Positions 1 through 14,113 of a stretch of 64,000 bases of DNA are shown here, piece after piece. The stretch is taken from assembly GCF_001194135.2 (NCBI RefSeq), contig NC_068982.1, forward strand, positions 161,977,043 through 162,041,042. Reading direction: 5' to 3'. Below the pieces are notes generated by a model, which did no database searches, was not told where the DNA came from, and saw only the letters and a list, made by a program, of their open reading frames with translations. The translations under genes and the position numbers were made by a program. Each line of letters opens with the position of its first letter. Position 1 is the stretch's first letter. Source of the DNA: Octopus bimaculoides. Lineage: Eukaryota.

Positions 1-3000
1 TTTTCCTCTCCAGGATATCTGCTTACAATTTGATTGTTATCAAGTTCTTATTCTCCACCAATTTGCTACACATGTACATGCATAAATGGTTTAGTTGAAT
101 AGAACAAAGCATAATGTAGTTACCAATACTATAAACACTCACTCTAAATTGTGTGTGTGTGCACGCGCACGCACAGACACTCACACTTAGTTACATACAC
201 ACATACACACTCAATCTAGAGAAATGAATTTAATATTAAAAAATATTTGTAATCTTATTGATGTTTTCTTGCATCAGCACAAAGCTACAGATTTATTGGC
301 GATGAGAATAGTTGTCTATTATTCAAAATACTACAAGGCTCAACAGTCTGTTGTTGTTGACTGTCCTAACTGTACACTTCATGGATATTTTTTAAGGTAA
401 AGGACATACATTGTAAAGGAGGGATTATTGTTGATTTAAGTGATACAAGCATATTATTGGTTATTCTTTTGTAATGAAAAGTAATTCATTCTGGTAAGAT
501 TTGAACTCAAAACATTGAAGGTGAACTCTGTATCCTATTTAGTGTTTCTGTTATATTGGTAGTGATGAAGATTGTTTCCCAGCCTTAAGACATGTTTTGG
601 AATGGAAGATGTTCCATTCTAGTGAAATAACTGATGCTGATTCAATAGTCTGTAATTATTTCACTGCTGAAGATGGAAAGAAGAGTTACTAAATTATGCT
701 CCAAAATGTATTTAATATAAATCTCTGCTATAATCATTTATTGTACAGTTATATAAATAATAATGATTTCTTCCATTAGTACAAGGCCCGTACATCGGCA
801 GAAGTGGCATTATAGTTAATTCAATGAAACATTTTCCCCCAATATTTGATTAGTACTTTTATTGAACACTGAAGGATGACAGAAAAATCAATCATGACAG
901 AGTTTGAACTCAGAATGTATAGGAACATAACTAAATACTGCAAAGAATTTTGTGTGGCACTCCACTTATCCTGCTAACTACTGTTATAATAAGAAGAGTA
1001 ATTGTTAATAAAGTGGTAGGGCATACCTACTAAAAGCTAAGACTATCCCCCTAATCTACGATGTATCTATGAAGGAGCTTGACTAATTAACTGTGTATGA
1101 AGACTTGGAAACAGAGATTTCAGAATCTTTACAGTGCTTGTTGGTGTCATCTGGTGCAGTTAGAAGTTTATTAAAAATATTGTGAGAAACAGATTGTTCT
1201 TATCACTATTGCTCACATCCTTTCTGGAATATTGTTTACTTGATAACCCACTGAAACGACACAATGTAGATTACACTATATATTACTTTGTTGATATATA
1301 AATGTGTGTGTGTGGATGATAGGCACATGCATGGCTGTGTGGTTGAGTTCACCTCATAACCACATAATTTTGGGTTCTGCCTTACTGCATGCTGCTTCAA
1401 CTAGGTATTTTCTACTATAGCTCCAGGTCAACTAGTACCTCGTGAGTGAATTTCATAGACAGAAACTGTAAGAAACCTCATGCGTCTTAGTGTGTGGGAA
1501 TGGGGATGACAGGTACAGATGTGCTCATGCATAAGAATGTCCATGTTTCATGCTTGTTATCACTTCAGTGAAGTGATATTGATGTTGATATTCTTTGTTG
1601 ACATTATGACCAATCTCTCTACTCTTTTGAAGACCTGTGTAATATGCAAGAAAATATTGTACTTGAAAAAAAGGTATGGGTTGGTGACAGGAAGAGCATC
1701 TGGTCATAAAAATAATGCCTCAAATGACTCTTGCCTAAAGTCTTGCCCATGTGGATAAATGAGTGTTAAACAAATGAACACACACACACACACACACACA
1801 GTGATATGTAATGAGTTATTGTTCGTACTAATGGAAAAATTTATTGGATAAACAATCTTTTGTTTTCTTGTTACCCCTCTATTTCAAACAGTGTATACTG
1901 TTTGTCATAAGAACTTGAACTCACAAACCTTTATTTCATTCACAATTCTAGTGTTCTTATCCACTGTGTGTTAACTATATTGAATTGAACCCAGCACAAG
2001 AATTATTGGTCAGAGTTCTTAGTAGTATCCATCCATCCATCCATCTTCTCTGCACACTATTCTTAATAGATATTGGGATTGAGTCCTCAAACACCTCCAC
2101 CATAGGGTTCTATCAGAAGCAACTGTCATTAGATTTTCCAGCTGAATTCCCAAATGTGACTGAGACTATGACATATTATCCAATCATTTTGTTCTTGGTC
2201 TACCCTTAGGTTTCTTGCTGGTTGGTTTGGACTGAAGAATCCATCTTATGAGTCTTTCTTGTGACATTCTGATCACATGTCCCTTCTACTGGAGCTGTGA
2301 CCTTTCAGTGTGAAGAAGTGGTGATTCAAACTGGGGAGACCCCCACTCTTCAAGCTAAGCATCCTGTTGAGTAATATTACTCCAGAGATTTTTCAGAGAA
2401 ACCCTATTCTTGATTGCACTCTTTCAGCAATTAACCAACATTTACAACCATCCTTTATATTTCCTTCTTTCTATAGCGATTCTAATGTGTGTTATTCTCA
2501 ATATATTATTTCATTTTGGAATATAATTTCTATTCTCACATCGTGCACGTTCTATCATTCCTGACATTATTGTTTCATATTTGAGTTGAGACTTTTGTTT
2601 TGCTAGTCAGACTGGCCAACAATTGTGTTCATTCACAAGGATAATGTCACAATAAAACTAGAATCCTTTGTGATTCTTAGAAGATATTATTCTAAAGGCC
2701 TACCTGAGATGATATAACATATGTGATCAACATAACACCACAGTGGTGTTCAGATTTATCACTGCATTCTGCAGAATCTACTGTTATACTGTTTTATTGT
2801 AGAAGTCAAGTTGAGAAGATAAAATATAATTTATAGTCAGTGTAATATCACAGCTGTGTTAAAAAATGTGGAATCACTGTTTCACTGCATTTTTATTTGA
2901 GAAGATACAACATATTATTGGTCAATATAACATAGAAACAATGTTTCAAAGTAAATTCCATATTATTGCACTCTCACCCAATTATGATAGTCCTTATAAC

Positions 3001-5114
3001 AGGAAAACAGGAAAATAACTAAATATTAGAATCACAGACAACTCAAAAGTTTCTTAAAGACTCTAAATTGGAATTGTTATAAACTTACAGCTGGATCACA
3101 TGTCTAGTACTAATTTATGATTAAATATCAAACAATTAACTGATTCATTTCTGTTTAATAATGGCAGTGGAGTAGTACATCTTGACAATAAAAAAGATAC
3201 TGCATAGTGTTGCTGTAGATGGGAAACACCATAAACTTCCTCTGAGGAACCAAATTGTTAGCACTTTTTGACTAATGTCTTGTCTACAGTAAGTATGATC
3301 CCCCCCACCCCCACCCAATGTGATAAAAAAATATTGATCATGATACAGCTACTTGACTGTAAAAAAAAAATTAAGTCGGAGAGGTTCTGGTGCAAGATTT
3401 CATTGCATAAATGTGAAATAGTACACTTGGTCTCTATATGTCAGTTTTGCTGTGTGTCATTAATTTAGGGAGGGAGTCAAGTACATGATTAGTCTTTATT
3501 TAAATGGCATCTGCAGAAATGCAAGACAAATTTGACAACTGAAAGGTTTGAAAAAAAAAACGTCGAAGTGTGAAACTAAATGCTCAGGCTCTGTGATTTC
3601 TGTAATGCACTTCAGTAGACTCTGTAGAGGGATTTGTGATAGACAGGGTATACAACCATAGAACCCACATGTTAAAATGGATCATACAAATGGGACATGG
3701 ACTCCAAGCTGCAGTGCAGTCTACTTGTCCGGGGAGTAGTAACTCCATGTTAGAACTGATATAGAATAAAGGGGCTCTTCAATATTTTTTATGGTGGCAT
3801 TATAAAACACAACCAGCCCACACTGTAAGGCCTACACATCACCAAAGTTGGCTAATTTTCACTATTGTTGATATATGCAAGATAATGCAAACTGTGACAG
3901 CCCATCAAACTCATGACATCATGGATAAAAAGATATAAAATGATAATGATGATAGTGATTTCTAACAGCAGATGGACACAAATTTGGAGAAGGATTTCAT
4001 TGATATCATTTAGTTTATGTATTGGTCATTTGCGGAAATTTAATGTCCATGGTGTTTATGAGTGGTCCCTAAGACTGGTGGTGGTGGAATGTAAACTACA
4101 ATTCCTTGAGTTACTACATCAAGATTTGGTGTGAATATGTGCAGTAGGGTGGAATCTGCTAAAGGTACTGGATTAAACCCAGAACCGTGTGATTGCAAAG
4201 GAAACTTGTTAACACTTGGTCATGCCAACACCCATATGTTATTGTCTTCAGAAGGAAGATAAAATCAATCTTGGTAAGATTTGAATCAGAATATAAAAAG
4301 TTATTACTAAATATTACAAGTCATTTTGTCTAATACCCTACAAAGACAATAATGATCCTGATAATAAAAATATTTAGCATTATCTTGAATATTTCTAGTT
4401 AATCTATAACTAAAATACAATAGTAGTAGTAGCAGTAGTAGTAGTAGGTGCCCCAAGTATTTACATGAATTGTCATCATTCAGATAGGTCAGTATAGTAG
4501 GCTGTACTGTATTACTTCTCAAACACCCAATTCAAGATGACCCTGCAGCAGTCAACCCTGCTTTTCATTCTTTCGTGGATCATTAAGATATTGAAGAAAT
4601 ATGAAAGACTGGCTTGTGAAATTCATTTGTAGTCTTTCTCTCTTCTTGCACCAAGTAACCAAACCAGTATAAACTGTAGGGGTAGGGTAGAAATGATTTG
4701 ATATAATATTTCAGTTTTCAGATAATGGTTACTACAAGGAATGATTGTCCCCATATTGTTGGTTTTACCTATTTATTCTTTATTTTTTCTACCAATTTCA
4801 ATTTGGGCTAATTACACATTAATTATGAATCTGTGGTTGGTACAGCTGGTGTGGAAGTGTGTGTACCTGTTGCTGTGCATTGCTTGGCTGTGTGTGTGTG
4901 TAGGCTTGGTAGTACATATGTCAGTGTGTATATATCTGTCAGTGTCTCTATGTAAGTAGGGACCTGTCATTGGTTGGGTGTATCTGTTGGAATGTTTATA
5001 ACTGTTCTTACCATACCACTATAGGTAGTTGCCTTTTAAGTTATTTAATTATATTCCACTGACCAGTTTCAATTTGACATAGATTGCTCATATCTCTGTA
5101 TCATGTATTTTATA

Positions 5115-5211
<97 letters not shown>

Positions 5212-5222
5212 TCTTTCTCTCT
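5115..5222. repeat. (CT)n microsatellite
   Basis: About 100 bp of nearly pure CT repeat. Confidence 0.95.
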
Positions 5223-7675
5223 CTATCCCTCCCCCTCTTATGAAATGTAAGGGCTAATCACCTGTTGATGAATACCTGTACATAAAAAATACATATTCAT
5301 TCTTGGTTTACTTATAAATATCAGTTGTCTTCCTTCTCAACATTCTCATCATCTAGTATTTCTTTGAACCTACCTCTGACTGAGGGAGCATTCGGCTTCC
5401 ATGCTTTCTTTAGCCAGAGTCTTGGGTTTCTTGCTCCATCTAGCCCTTAATCTGATATTACTACATTATGTCTAGTGGCACAGTCTTTGCTAGGGAAAGA
5501 CTTAGCATTCACAACCATCTATCGATCCTTATTTCTTTGCGATTATGAAGTCTGTTGAGATTGCTTATTCACTTCAGTGGTAGATAAGCATGTACATTGA
5601 AGTAACTATCCTGTTGTTGTCTAACATGTCAATCAGAATTACTATTTGTGATAATGAGATTACAGTTATCTGTGATTTAGAGAGTCTTCAAAAAGGGCTT
5701 CACAAAAACGATCCTTCTATTTCTATCAGTCTTGTTTGAGTGCTTATGCAGAAATCACTTTTACTGTTGTGTTGTCTCTATGACCAATTTAATCTTAATT
5801 ATGACAGGCATCATATAGCCCTACTACTTTAATTACTTTATCTATCCATTTCTCTGAAAACAACATAGCTCTTCACCAACCTTAGCACTGCTACCCATCC
5901 AGAAGAATTTGTACATGCTCTTTGCCTATGAGGAGTCAGACTGAGGTTCCCACTTTGACACATGTTGTGGCCTCTACTCCAACATCTTTACAATCTTGTG
6001 CAAACTTTCATCATTTCTACATTCATAACAGTTCTGAAGTGTTGCATTTTGAGAGAGTAGAGTTTTTCTGTTAGTTTTGGAGCTGTTTAATATCTATATT
6101 GTGCATATGAAAGGAAGAGTATAGGTGTGATTATTTGATGATGGTTGAGGGTTCCTCACACACAGTTAAATGCTACTATTTAGCCACTCCACTGTTGTGC
6201 ATACAACTAATATAATAAGTGTGCACATGCACAAACTTGTTTCTGTTTACTAAATTCACTCACAAAGCCCTAGGTGTTACACATTGGAACTGAACTCAGA
6301 ACCATGTGGTTGGGAAGTGAACTTCTTAACCACACAGTCATAACTGTGCCTCTTTGAGTGTGTAAAACATAGAATAATTTTCATCTCTTTGGTTATTGTT
6401 TAAACATTTTATAGAAAAAAAAGTTTTTAAAAATATTTTATTGTATATATATATAGTCCATCAATTATTCATTAACTCTGGATAAGTTACTAGTCAATCA
6501 CAGATAAGTTTTACAAAACAGCCTGATACTTAAACAATTGGTTAAAAATGCATCAAGTAGTATTTCCCTAGCCACTGACAACACATAACATTTAGGATAT
6601 GAGCTAATGAGTTCTAAATTTCAACATGAAATCTCATAAATTATGAACTGTCATCATTAATATATGGAATTTCAAAGTAGAATGTTTAAAACAGGTACCT
6701 TCTTCTTGTTATAAATTGTCTTGCCTTAGTAAATGAAATTGATTACCACTGTTAGAGATGTTGAGGTACAAGTGTTTTAACATTCCTTACATACTTCTTA
6801 AAGCTGTTTTATGCTAAAACTACCCAACATGTTGATAGTAGTTTGTAACCATCTTACATCCTCCTGCTCACAGAAGTCAGTGTGTGTATGTGTGGCAGCA
6901 TTGAAGCAACTGTAATTGGTAAATCAGTCAGTAAAAATGCAGGTAGTAGCTAAGGTCAGTAGCAATATGTGTTGACATGTATTCCACCAATCAACTTGAG
7001 TAATTGAGTTGGTGGCTCTCTCAGGAGAATTATATACATTTTTTTTATTTTATAAAATCTTATCAACAGAGGATGAATTGTTTTTGTATTTTAAATAAGC
7101 AATTTGAAGATAAGCAAAATCTTTCATCATCTCCTGTAAACCTACTGTACTTACTCTTGGATATCAATTTCTAATTAGAAGTTATCTCTAATTAAGTCTG
7201 TAATGATTAGTTGTTGTATGTGTGGTCTTGGTGGGGGATAAAAAATTGGTTATATTTGTGGATTAGCTGTATTATTCAGAAATAGTACAATAAAACAACT
7301 GACTTGCTGGGAAGTACTTACAGAATTTAAAATTATGGGAAGCAGTAAGAAGTATTTAGTTTGTAGTAAATACTTTTACACTGATGATAATACAACGTTT
7401 ATATGACACTTAGGGGTGTGGCTTAAAATGTTCTGCTCTAATTTTGTTTTAAAATAAAATGTAACATATGACAATTGGAATAACAATAATAGAAATGTTT
7501 CAAATGAAGTGGTTGTGTGAAAAGCATCAAGTTATTAATAAAAAACAAAAGAAATTATGCTACACCCAGTTTATATTTGAGCAGTTGATACTAAGAAAAG
7601 TATTTACTTCACTAACTAGCAAATGTCAACATTTTCAGAAACACTTAATTCAGGCTAGCATGTAAACCAAGCATG

Positions 7676-7813
7676 GGCAACCTTCTTTGAGAAGTGAGTT
7701 GCTTGAAACCTCACTCCTCATTAAGTGTGATACACTATGAAAAGAATTCAAAGTAATTTTTATTGGCATGCCATCCAAAAAGTTATGCGGGCTGCAGTGT
7801 GCCCATAACTGAT
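7676..7813. mobile_element. Possible short hAT-like MITE
   Basis: Ends caagcatgggcaacc and gtgtgcccataactg are imperfect inverted repeats; no clean 8-bp TSD. Confidence 0.3.
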
Positions 7814-8571
7814 ATTAAACTATGAACATAGACTGTTCCCACCTCATTAGAATTTTTACACCATATTTCCCTGAATTTACACCAATTTTCTTCAATGAAT
7901 TTTATATGAAAGGTAGACCCATGAAAGTTTGCAATATCAGGTTAATTTTGTAATGAACAGATCAAATAAACTTACAAAAGTATCCACTGCAAGATCAATG
8001 AAATGATTCTTGTATCTGAACTTTGTTAGTGACTGTCAATCTGTTGACTTCTGTGCCATCTGTGAAATTGGAACACTTATAGTGTGTGTGTGTGTGTGTG
8101 GATAGCTGGTTACTGGTTAAGAAGTGTGCTTCATAATCACAAAATCCCAGGTTCAATCCCACTGTATCGTAGCTTGAGCAACTATCAGTTGTCAAAAGTT
8201 TCAGGGTGACCCAACTTACGAATGAAATTAACTGGACAGAAACACTGTAGAAAACTGTCAGAGGGTTTGTTTCTGCACTTCAAATGTTTTGTCATGTCAC
8301 ACTATGTCGTGCTCTATCTGGCTGACTAAAGGCACTAATATGAATAGGCAGTTTCATCTGTTGATTAAACAACTGAATACAAGTCATTGAAACCAACAAA
8401 TTTCCATTTACTGTGTGTGTGTGTGTGTGTCAAAAGATTTACATGGGTAATGCTAGGTGCTTTAGTAATTTCAGAGGTGTTTTTTTAAAATTTTTTTATG
8501 TCCAATACATATGTGTAACAAATATATAGATTTGTTTACTCTCTCTTTTTAAACCCATGTGTATGTATATA

Positions 8572-9479
8572 TCATCATCGTTGTCGTCATTTAATATCCG
8601 CTTTCCATGCTGGCATGGGTTGGACGGTTTGACTGAGGACTGGCAAGCCAGGAGGCTGCACCAGGCTCCAATCTGATCTGGCAAGATTTCTACAGCTGAA
8701 TGCTCTTCCTAATGCCAACCACTCCAAGAGTGTTGTGAGTGCTTATCACGTGTCACCGGCACGGGGGCCAGTCAGGTGGCATTTGCATTTACCATGCACA
8801 AATGGTGCCTTTTAAGTGCCACCAGCATGGGAGCCAGTGAGGTGGCACTGGCATCAGCCACGACAATGGTTTCACTTGACTCAACAGGTCTTCTCAAGCA
8901 CAGCATATTGTCCGACAAGTGAAGGGTACTCTTAAATGGGCCGGTTATGCAACACTGGCATAGGCCACAGCAACAATCTCACTTGGCTTGCTGGGTCTTC
9001 TCAACCACAGCATATCTCGAAAGGTCTCGGTTGCTTGTCATTGCCTCTGTGAGGCCCAACATTCGAAGGTTGTGCTTCACCACCTCATCCCAGATCTTCC
9101 TGGGTCTACCTCTTCCACAGGTTCCCTCCACTGTTAGCGTGTAACACTTCTTAACACAGCTGTCTTCATCCATACATAACACATGACCCTACCTGCGCAG
9201 TCATCTCTTGCACACCGCATTTGTTGCTTCTTATGTTCAACTTTTCTCTCAGGGAGCTCACACTCTGTCATGTATGCACACTAACATTACACATCCAGTG
9301 GAATATACTAGCTTTATTTCTTTCAAGCCTACACCTTTCCTCAGCAGTCACGATCCATATTTCACTGCCATGTAGCATGGCTGTTTGTACACACGTGTCA
9401 TACAGTCTACCTTTCACTCTAAGTGAGAGGCCGTTTGTTACCAGCAGAGGTAGGAGCTCTCTGAACTTTGCCCAGGCCA
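8572..9479 (-). mobile_element. 5'-truncated RTE-clade LINE: ORF C-terminus, 3' UTR and (GAT)n tail
   Basis: Minus-strand peptides AWAKFRELLPLL..GRLYDTCVQTAMLHGSE and VEGTCGRGRPRKIW are typical of the RTE post-RT region; continues into the shared 3' tail. Confidence 0.85.
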
Positions 9480-9531
9480 TTCAGAGAGCTCCTACCTCTA
9501 CTGGTAACAAAGGGCCTCTTGCTCATATAAA

Positions 9532-10670
9532 TAATCAGAAGATGGATTTGGTATTAATCTTTATTTTGTACAATGCTCATTTCAACCCATCCTGCTGCTG
9601 TCCCTTATGAGTAGGACTTTGTTCAACATGTGGTGTTGCATCCATTTTGCAGTCGGGGTCTCATCAGGTACATTCCTACGTAAAGTCGAGTCTTGCTAAA
9701 GATTGTGAGTTTTGGCTGTCATGTTATATGCTCCTCTGGTTAGGGAATGAAACATTGCTACAATTTTCAATTACTATTATCTTTCTATTATAAGAATTGC
9801 AAAGACAAATAACTGTTGATTAAAAAAAAAAATTTAGTGAAAGTGAATGAACGGACAAGGATGGAATGAGTTACATTGGGTTTAGACAAAGGGATGATAC
9901 TATAAAAAGGAAGGGGAAGCTATATGTGCAGGCTACAATGCCCATTGGGTGAACAGTTGTTTAGCTAGCTGGGTTAGGTTGGGATGCACATACACACATT
10001 CGCACATACATCTGCTTGTACATACATCCACGCAAGGGACATTGGCCCACCCACCCATATGGTCAATTTTGGCCACGACTGCAGTTTGTATAATTTATGG
10101 TTGGAAGATAACCTCACCAGAAGTCTGTCATCACAGTCACCTGAAGACTAGGGCTGCTTGCAGGCAGTCTGACTCGTTCCACATTTATATCACCAAGGGT
10201 GAATCACACAACCATATGTCTATATGTACATACACACATGCATGCATGCATACACTTATACATATACACATCCATATGTATATATCTACACAAACATATA
10301 CACGTTCGCACCTACATACATCATCATCATCATCATCATCGTTTAACGTCTGCTTTCCATGCTAGCATGGGTTAGACGATTTGACTGAGGACTGGTGAAA
10401 CCGGATGGCAACACCAGGCTCCAGTCTGATTTGGCAGAGTTTCTACAGCTGGATGCCCTTCCTAACGCCAACCACACACATACACGTGTACACACAGACA
10501 CTCAGGTTTATGCATATACACACACACACGTGCATGTGCGTGCACACACACACACACACATGCACGTGCGTGCACACATACACAGTCCCACTCGTAAGGG
10601 ACAGTAACAGCATAGGTTGAAATGGCCATTATATAAAACAAAGATTAATACTAAATCCATCTTCTGATTA
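9532..10670. mobile_element. Unclassified segment bounded by 86-bp inverted repeats (putative non-autonomous DNA transposon)
   Basis: 9532-9617 versus the reverse complement of 10585-10670: 12 mismatches in 86 by hand alignment; no clear TSD. Confidence 0.5.
10319..10475 (-). mobile_element. RTE 3'-tail/SINE-like copy
   Basis: catcatcatcgtttaacgtctgctttccatgctagcatggg...gatgcccttcctaacgccaacca, same tail as 8572-8730. Confidence 0.85.
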
Positions 10671-10722
10671 CTTAAGAAATTATTATTATTATCATCATTA
10701 TTATTATTATTATCATTATCAT

Positions 10723-10793
<71 letters not shown>

Positions 10794-11096
10794 NNNNNNN
10801 NNNNNNNNNNNNNNNNNNNNNNNNNNNNNNNNNNNNNNNNNNNNNNNNNNNNNNNNNNNNNNNNNNNNNNNNNNNNNNNNNNNNNNNNNNNNNNNNNNNN
10901 NNNNNNNNNNNNNNNNNNNNNNNNNNNNNNNNNNNNNNNNNNNNNNNNNNNNNNNNNNNNNNNNNNNNNNNNNNNNNNNNNNNNNNNNNNNNNNNNNNNN
11001 NNNNNNNNNNNNNNNNNNNNNNNNNNNNNNNNNNNNNNNNNNNNNNNNNNNNNNNNNNNNNNNNNNNNNNNNNNNNNNNNNNNNNNNNNNNNNNNN
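10794..11096. other. Assembly gap (303 N) flanked by (TA)n(GA)n on both sides
   Basis: Run of N. Confidence 0.99.
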
Positions 11097-11167
<71 letters not shown>

Positions 11168-11593
11168 ACACATTGTAAATGAAAGCTATCCTAAATTCTA
11201 GCTGTCACACATACCTACTTGGCAAACATTTTACATAAGACATGTAGAGTTTAGTATGAGAGATTACATGAAATGTCTTTTAATGAGTCATCTAACTATT
11301 ACTGTTAAGAGCCTATAGATTAAAATATATTACTTCAGAGATCACTGCTGGAAATTATTTGACATGCTCTTCAGTTTTCTAGTCCTTGGTGTAATGTTGG
11401 TTATGTAACGAAGTAAACAGTTTTTCAACTTCCTTGTTTTTCTTTCTCTCTCTTTTTTTTTATCCTTTTCCAGTGGCCTGATCTTGAAACCTCAAACCAT
11501 TGCTACTTCAGGCTTTATTTTAAACCTCTACTTGGTTTTAATGAGGATGGCCTGTCTCTACATAAGTACATGTATGCGTGCACACACATGCAC

Positions 11594-11624
<31 letters not shown>

Positions 11625-12879
11625 AAGAAAGACATAGAGTGAAAGACAGATAGACAGAACAATCTCATTGAAATGTAGCAATATGAGAAAGGGTACCAGT
11701 TTTAGCTGATTTTTCAAGTTAAAGATGGTAAAGGATAGTATGTGTGTGTATGTATGTGTGTGAGAGAGAGAGAGATATTTGAAATATACACTCTGTGTGC
11801 TAAACATGATACAGTCACAAATTTTCAGAAAATACTGTTAAGTCATATAACTATGTAAAATATATGTAACGTTATAGTATGTAAACATATATATAAAAAA
11901 AAAACTACCATTAAGTGTTAATTTTAGTTATCTGTTTTGAGTTTGATGCAGTGATGGCTACTGTGCTGCTGATCTGAGTGAATAGTGCTATGATGCTGCA
12001 CTGTTCTTTGCATCCCGCTTGTAGACAGTAAAGCTGACTGAGGAGGGAGTGAGTCAAAAGCAGGTGGGTTGTCACTGCTGTTAGTTGGCTGAACATCTGC
12101 AGCTGGGTTGGGACATAGTGACTTGATGAATGAGATGAATTTCATTTGTATACCTTACTGAGGTTGCTTCCAGTTAGTTAATAAGTTCACTGAAGGCTCT
12201 AAGATGGTGATGCTATTGGTGGTCAAATCAATGTACAAAATTACTTATTGTAGGGATTCTCATATAACAAAGTGTTTGGGTGTCTCATCTTCATTATCCT
12301 TATTATCTCTTCTAATGTCACCTCTAAACACTTCATCTGCTCTTTCTTCATTTAAGCTTGATATCCAGGGTCACCCTTTGTGTTTTCTAGCCTGGTTCTA
12401 AGATTGTTTTCTTTGATGTCTGTTTCACTTGTCGTCTATATTGTGCAGAACTAAACACCCACCCATCCACCCAATGTTGGCAAAAGTTGTGCTTTTCATG
12501 GAACTGTTAAATTCAATATCACAGACATAAGATTGTAATTCTTGAAGTAACTGATAGTTTTTTGTGCTCATGTGCCTTCCCTAATATCGTAATCTATCTG
12601 GATGATAACTTCGTCCATATATTCATCATCATTATCATCATTGTTTTATATCTACTTTCTCTATTGGCATGGGTTTAATAAGTTGTCTTCAGTCCATTCT
12701 TATTTGGTGTTTTTGCTCCCCTTGAAGTGTCTGTTGACCACATCTTGCTCATACATCAACATGATTTCTACAGTTGGATGTTCTTCTTTATACTAACCAT
12801 TTTACAGAATGTACTGGATGCATTTTATCATGGCACCAGCACTAGAGAAGTTGCAGGCTACAATTACACTTTTGAGTTA

Positions 12880-13790
12880 TTGGCTGGGTCATGGTGATAA
12901 TGTTCTATGAAAGAACATAGACCTTATTTTACCTTCATTATTGGCAAGTTGGTCACTACCTGTGCAAGTAGGTGTGTTGTCCTAAATTAGTGACACCATC
13001 ACTTCCACAGCAGACAATTAGAGGACATCTTTCAGGTATTTATGCACTGCAAGAATGGAGAAGTGAGGGGAATCAGTTATTAAAGATTTCTTGGAATGGT
13101 AGCAATAGACTGGTAGCTGGCACATTATGGTTTTCAAAACTTGCAGATGTACTGACCTTCTCATCTCTGCTCACTTTAAATGGTGCATACTGTCTGTGTC
13201 CACTCAATGCAACACCAAAACATATATCTTAATTTAAGACTAGATGCAGAGATTTCAGTATTCAAAGTTGTATTATTCCAAGCTAGTGACCATCAATACA
13301 ATGCAGTTTCATCTGTGTTATACAATTAAGAAATAAAGTCATCTAACTCTTTCTGAAAAGTTTCACTTCCTCTTTTGGTACTTCACTGGCAATTTTTAAA
13401 TATCCACAACCACCTGTCACTATATCCAATGCTTACACACCTAGCTAACTTGACAGCAACACATTGAGTTTCTATACTGACAGATGTAATTGTAGAAATT
13501 CAATGAGATCATTGATGATAAACCACTTTGTTGTTTGCATCCTCAAGATTTGTATCTTTTGTAATTCTTATATATTTTCTTGCATCAATAGATAATGATT
13601 TAAAATTTGTAGTAATATTATATTCTAAAAGAAAATGCAGCTTGTCCTTAGCTTTGTGCTTGAGCTTAAGCACAACTGCTTTTTAACACTATGCTCTTCA
13701 CAAACTCTTACATCTAAACTACTAGCCTCTAACTTCTCAACTTCTTCTGATCCAAAAGCTAAAACATTAAAACACCAGACTAGGTCCTCA
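12880..13790 (-). mobile_element. Decayed pogo/Tigger-like DNA transposon (boundaries approximate)
   Basis: Minus-strand peptides LYNTDETALY and LPVYCYHSKKS resemble pogo DDE_1 motifs (YNxDETGL; LPVxY); many stops. Confidence 0.5.
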
Positions 13791-13800
13791 ACTGTAATTA

Positions 13801-14113
13801 GGAGCGTGATCGTTACCATCATCGCCTTACTAGCACTTGTGCCGGTGGCACATGAAAAAACATTCGAGCGAGGTCGTTGCCAGTGCCGCTGGACTGGCTC
13901 CTGTGCAGGTGGCACGTAAATACACCATTTTGAGCGTGGCCGTTGCCATTACTGCCTGACTAGCCCTCGTGCCGGTGGCATGTAAAAGCACCCACTACAC
14001 TCTCAGAGTGGTTGGCCTTAGGAAGGGCATCCAGCTGTAGAAACTCTGCCAAATCGTCCAACCCATGCTAGCATGGAAGGCGGACGTTAAACGATGATGA
14101 TGATGATGATGAT
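13801..14113 (+). mobile_element. RTE 3' UTR/tail copy, relatively young
   Basis: Repeated gtgccggtggcac modules, ttaggaagggcatccagctgtag, ending (GAT)n; CpGs retained. Confidence 0.85.

Noticed and set aside
9949-10620. His/Thr-rich ORFs
   Set aside because: Arise from CA-rich repeats and an RTE tail; no splice or homology support.
10724-11163. Apparent duplication of a (TA)n(GA)n block on both sides of the gap
   Set aside because: Most likely overlapping contig ends that the assembler could not merge.
10508-11173. Longest ORFs in the track (149-221 aa)
   Set aside because: They are translations of (TA)n/(GA)n microsatellites and the N gap.
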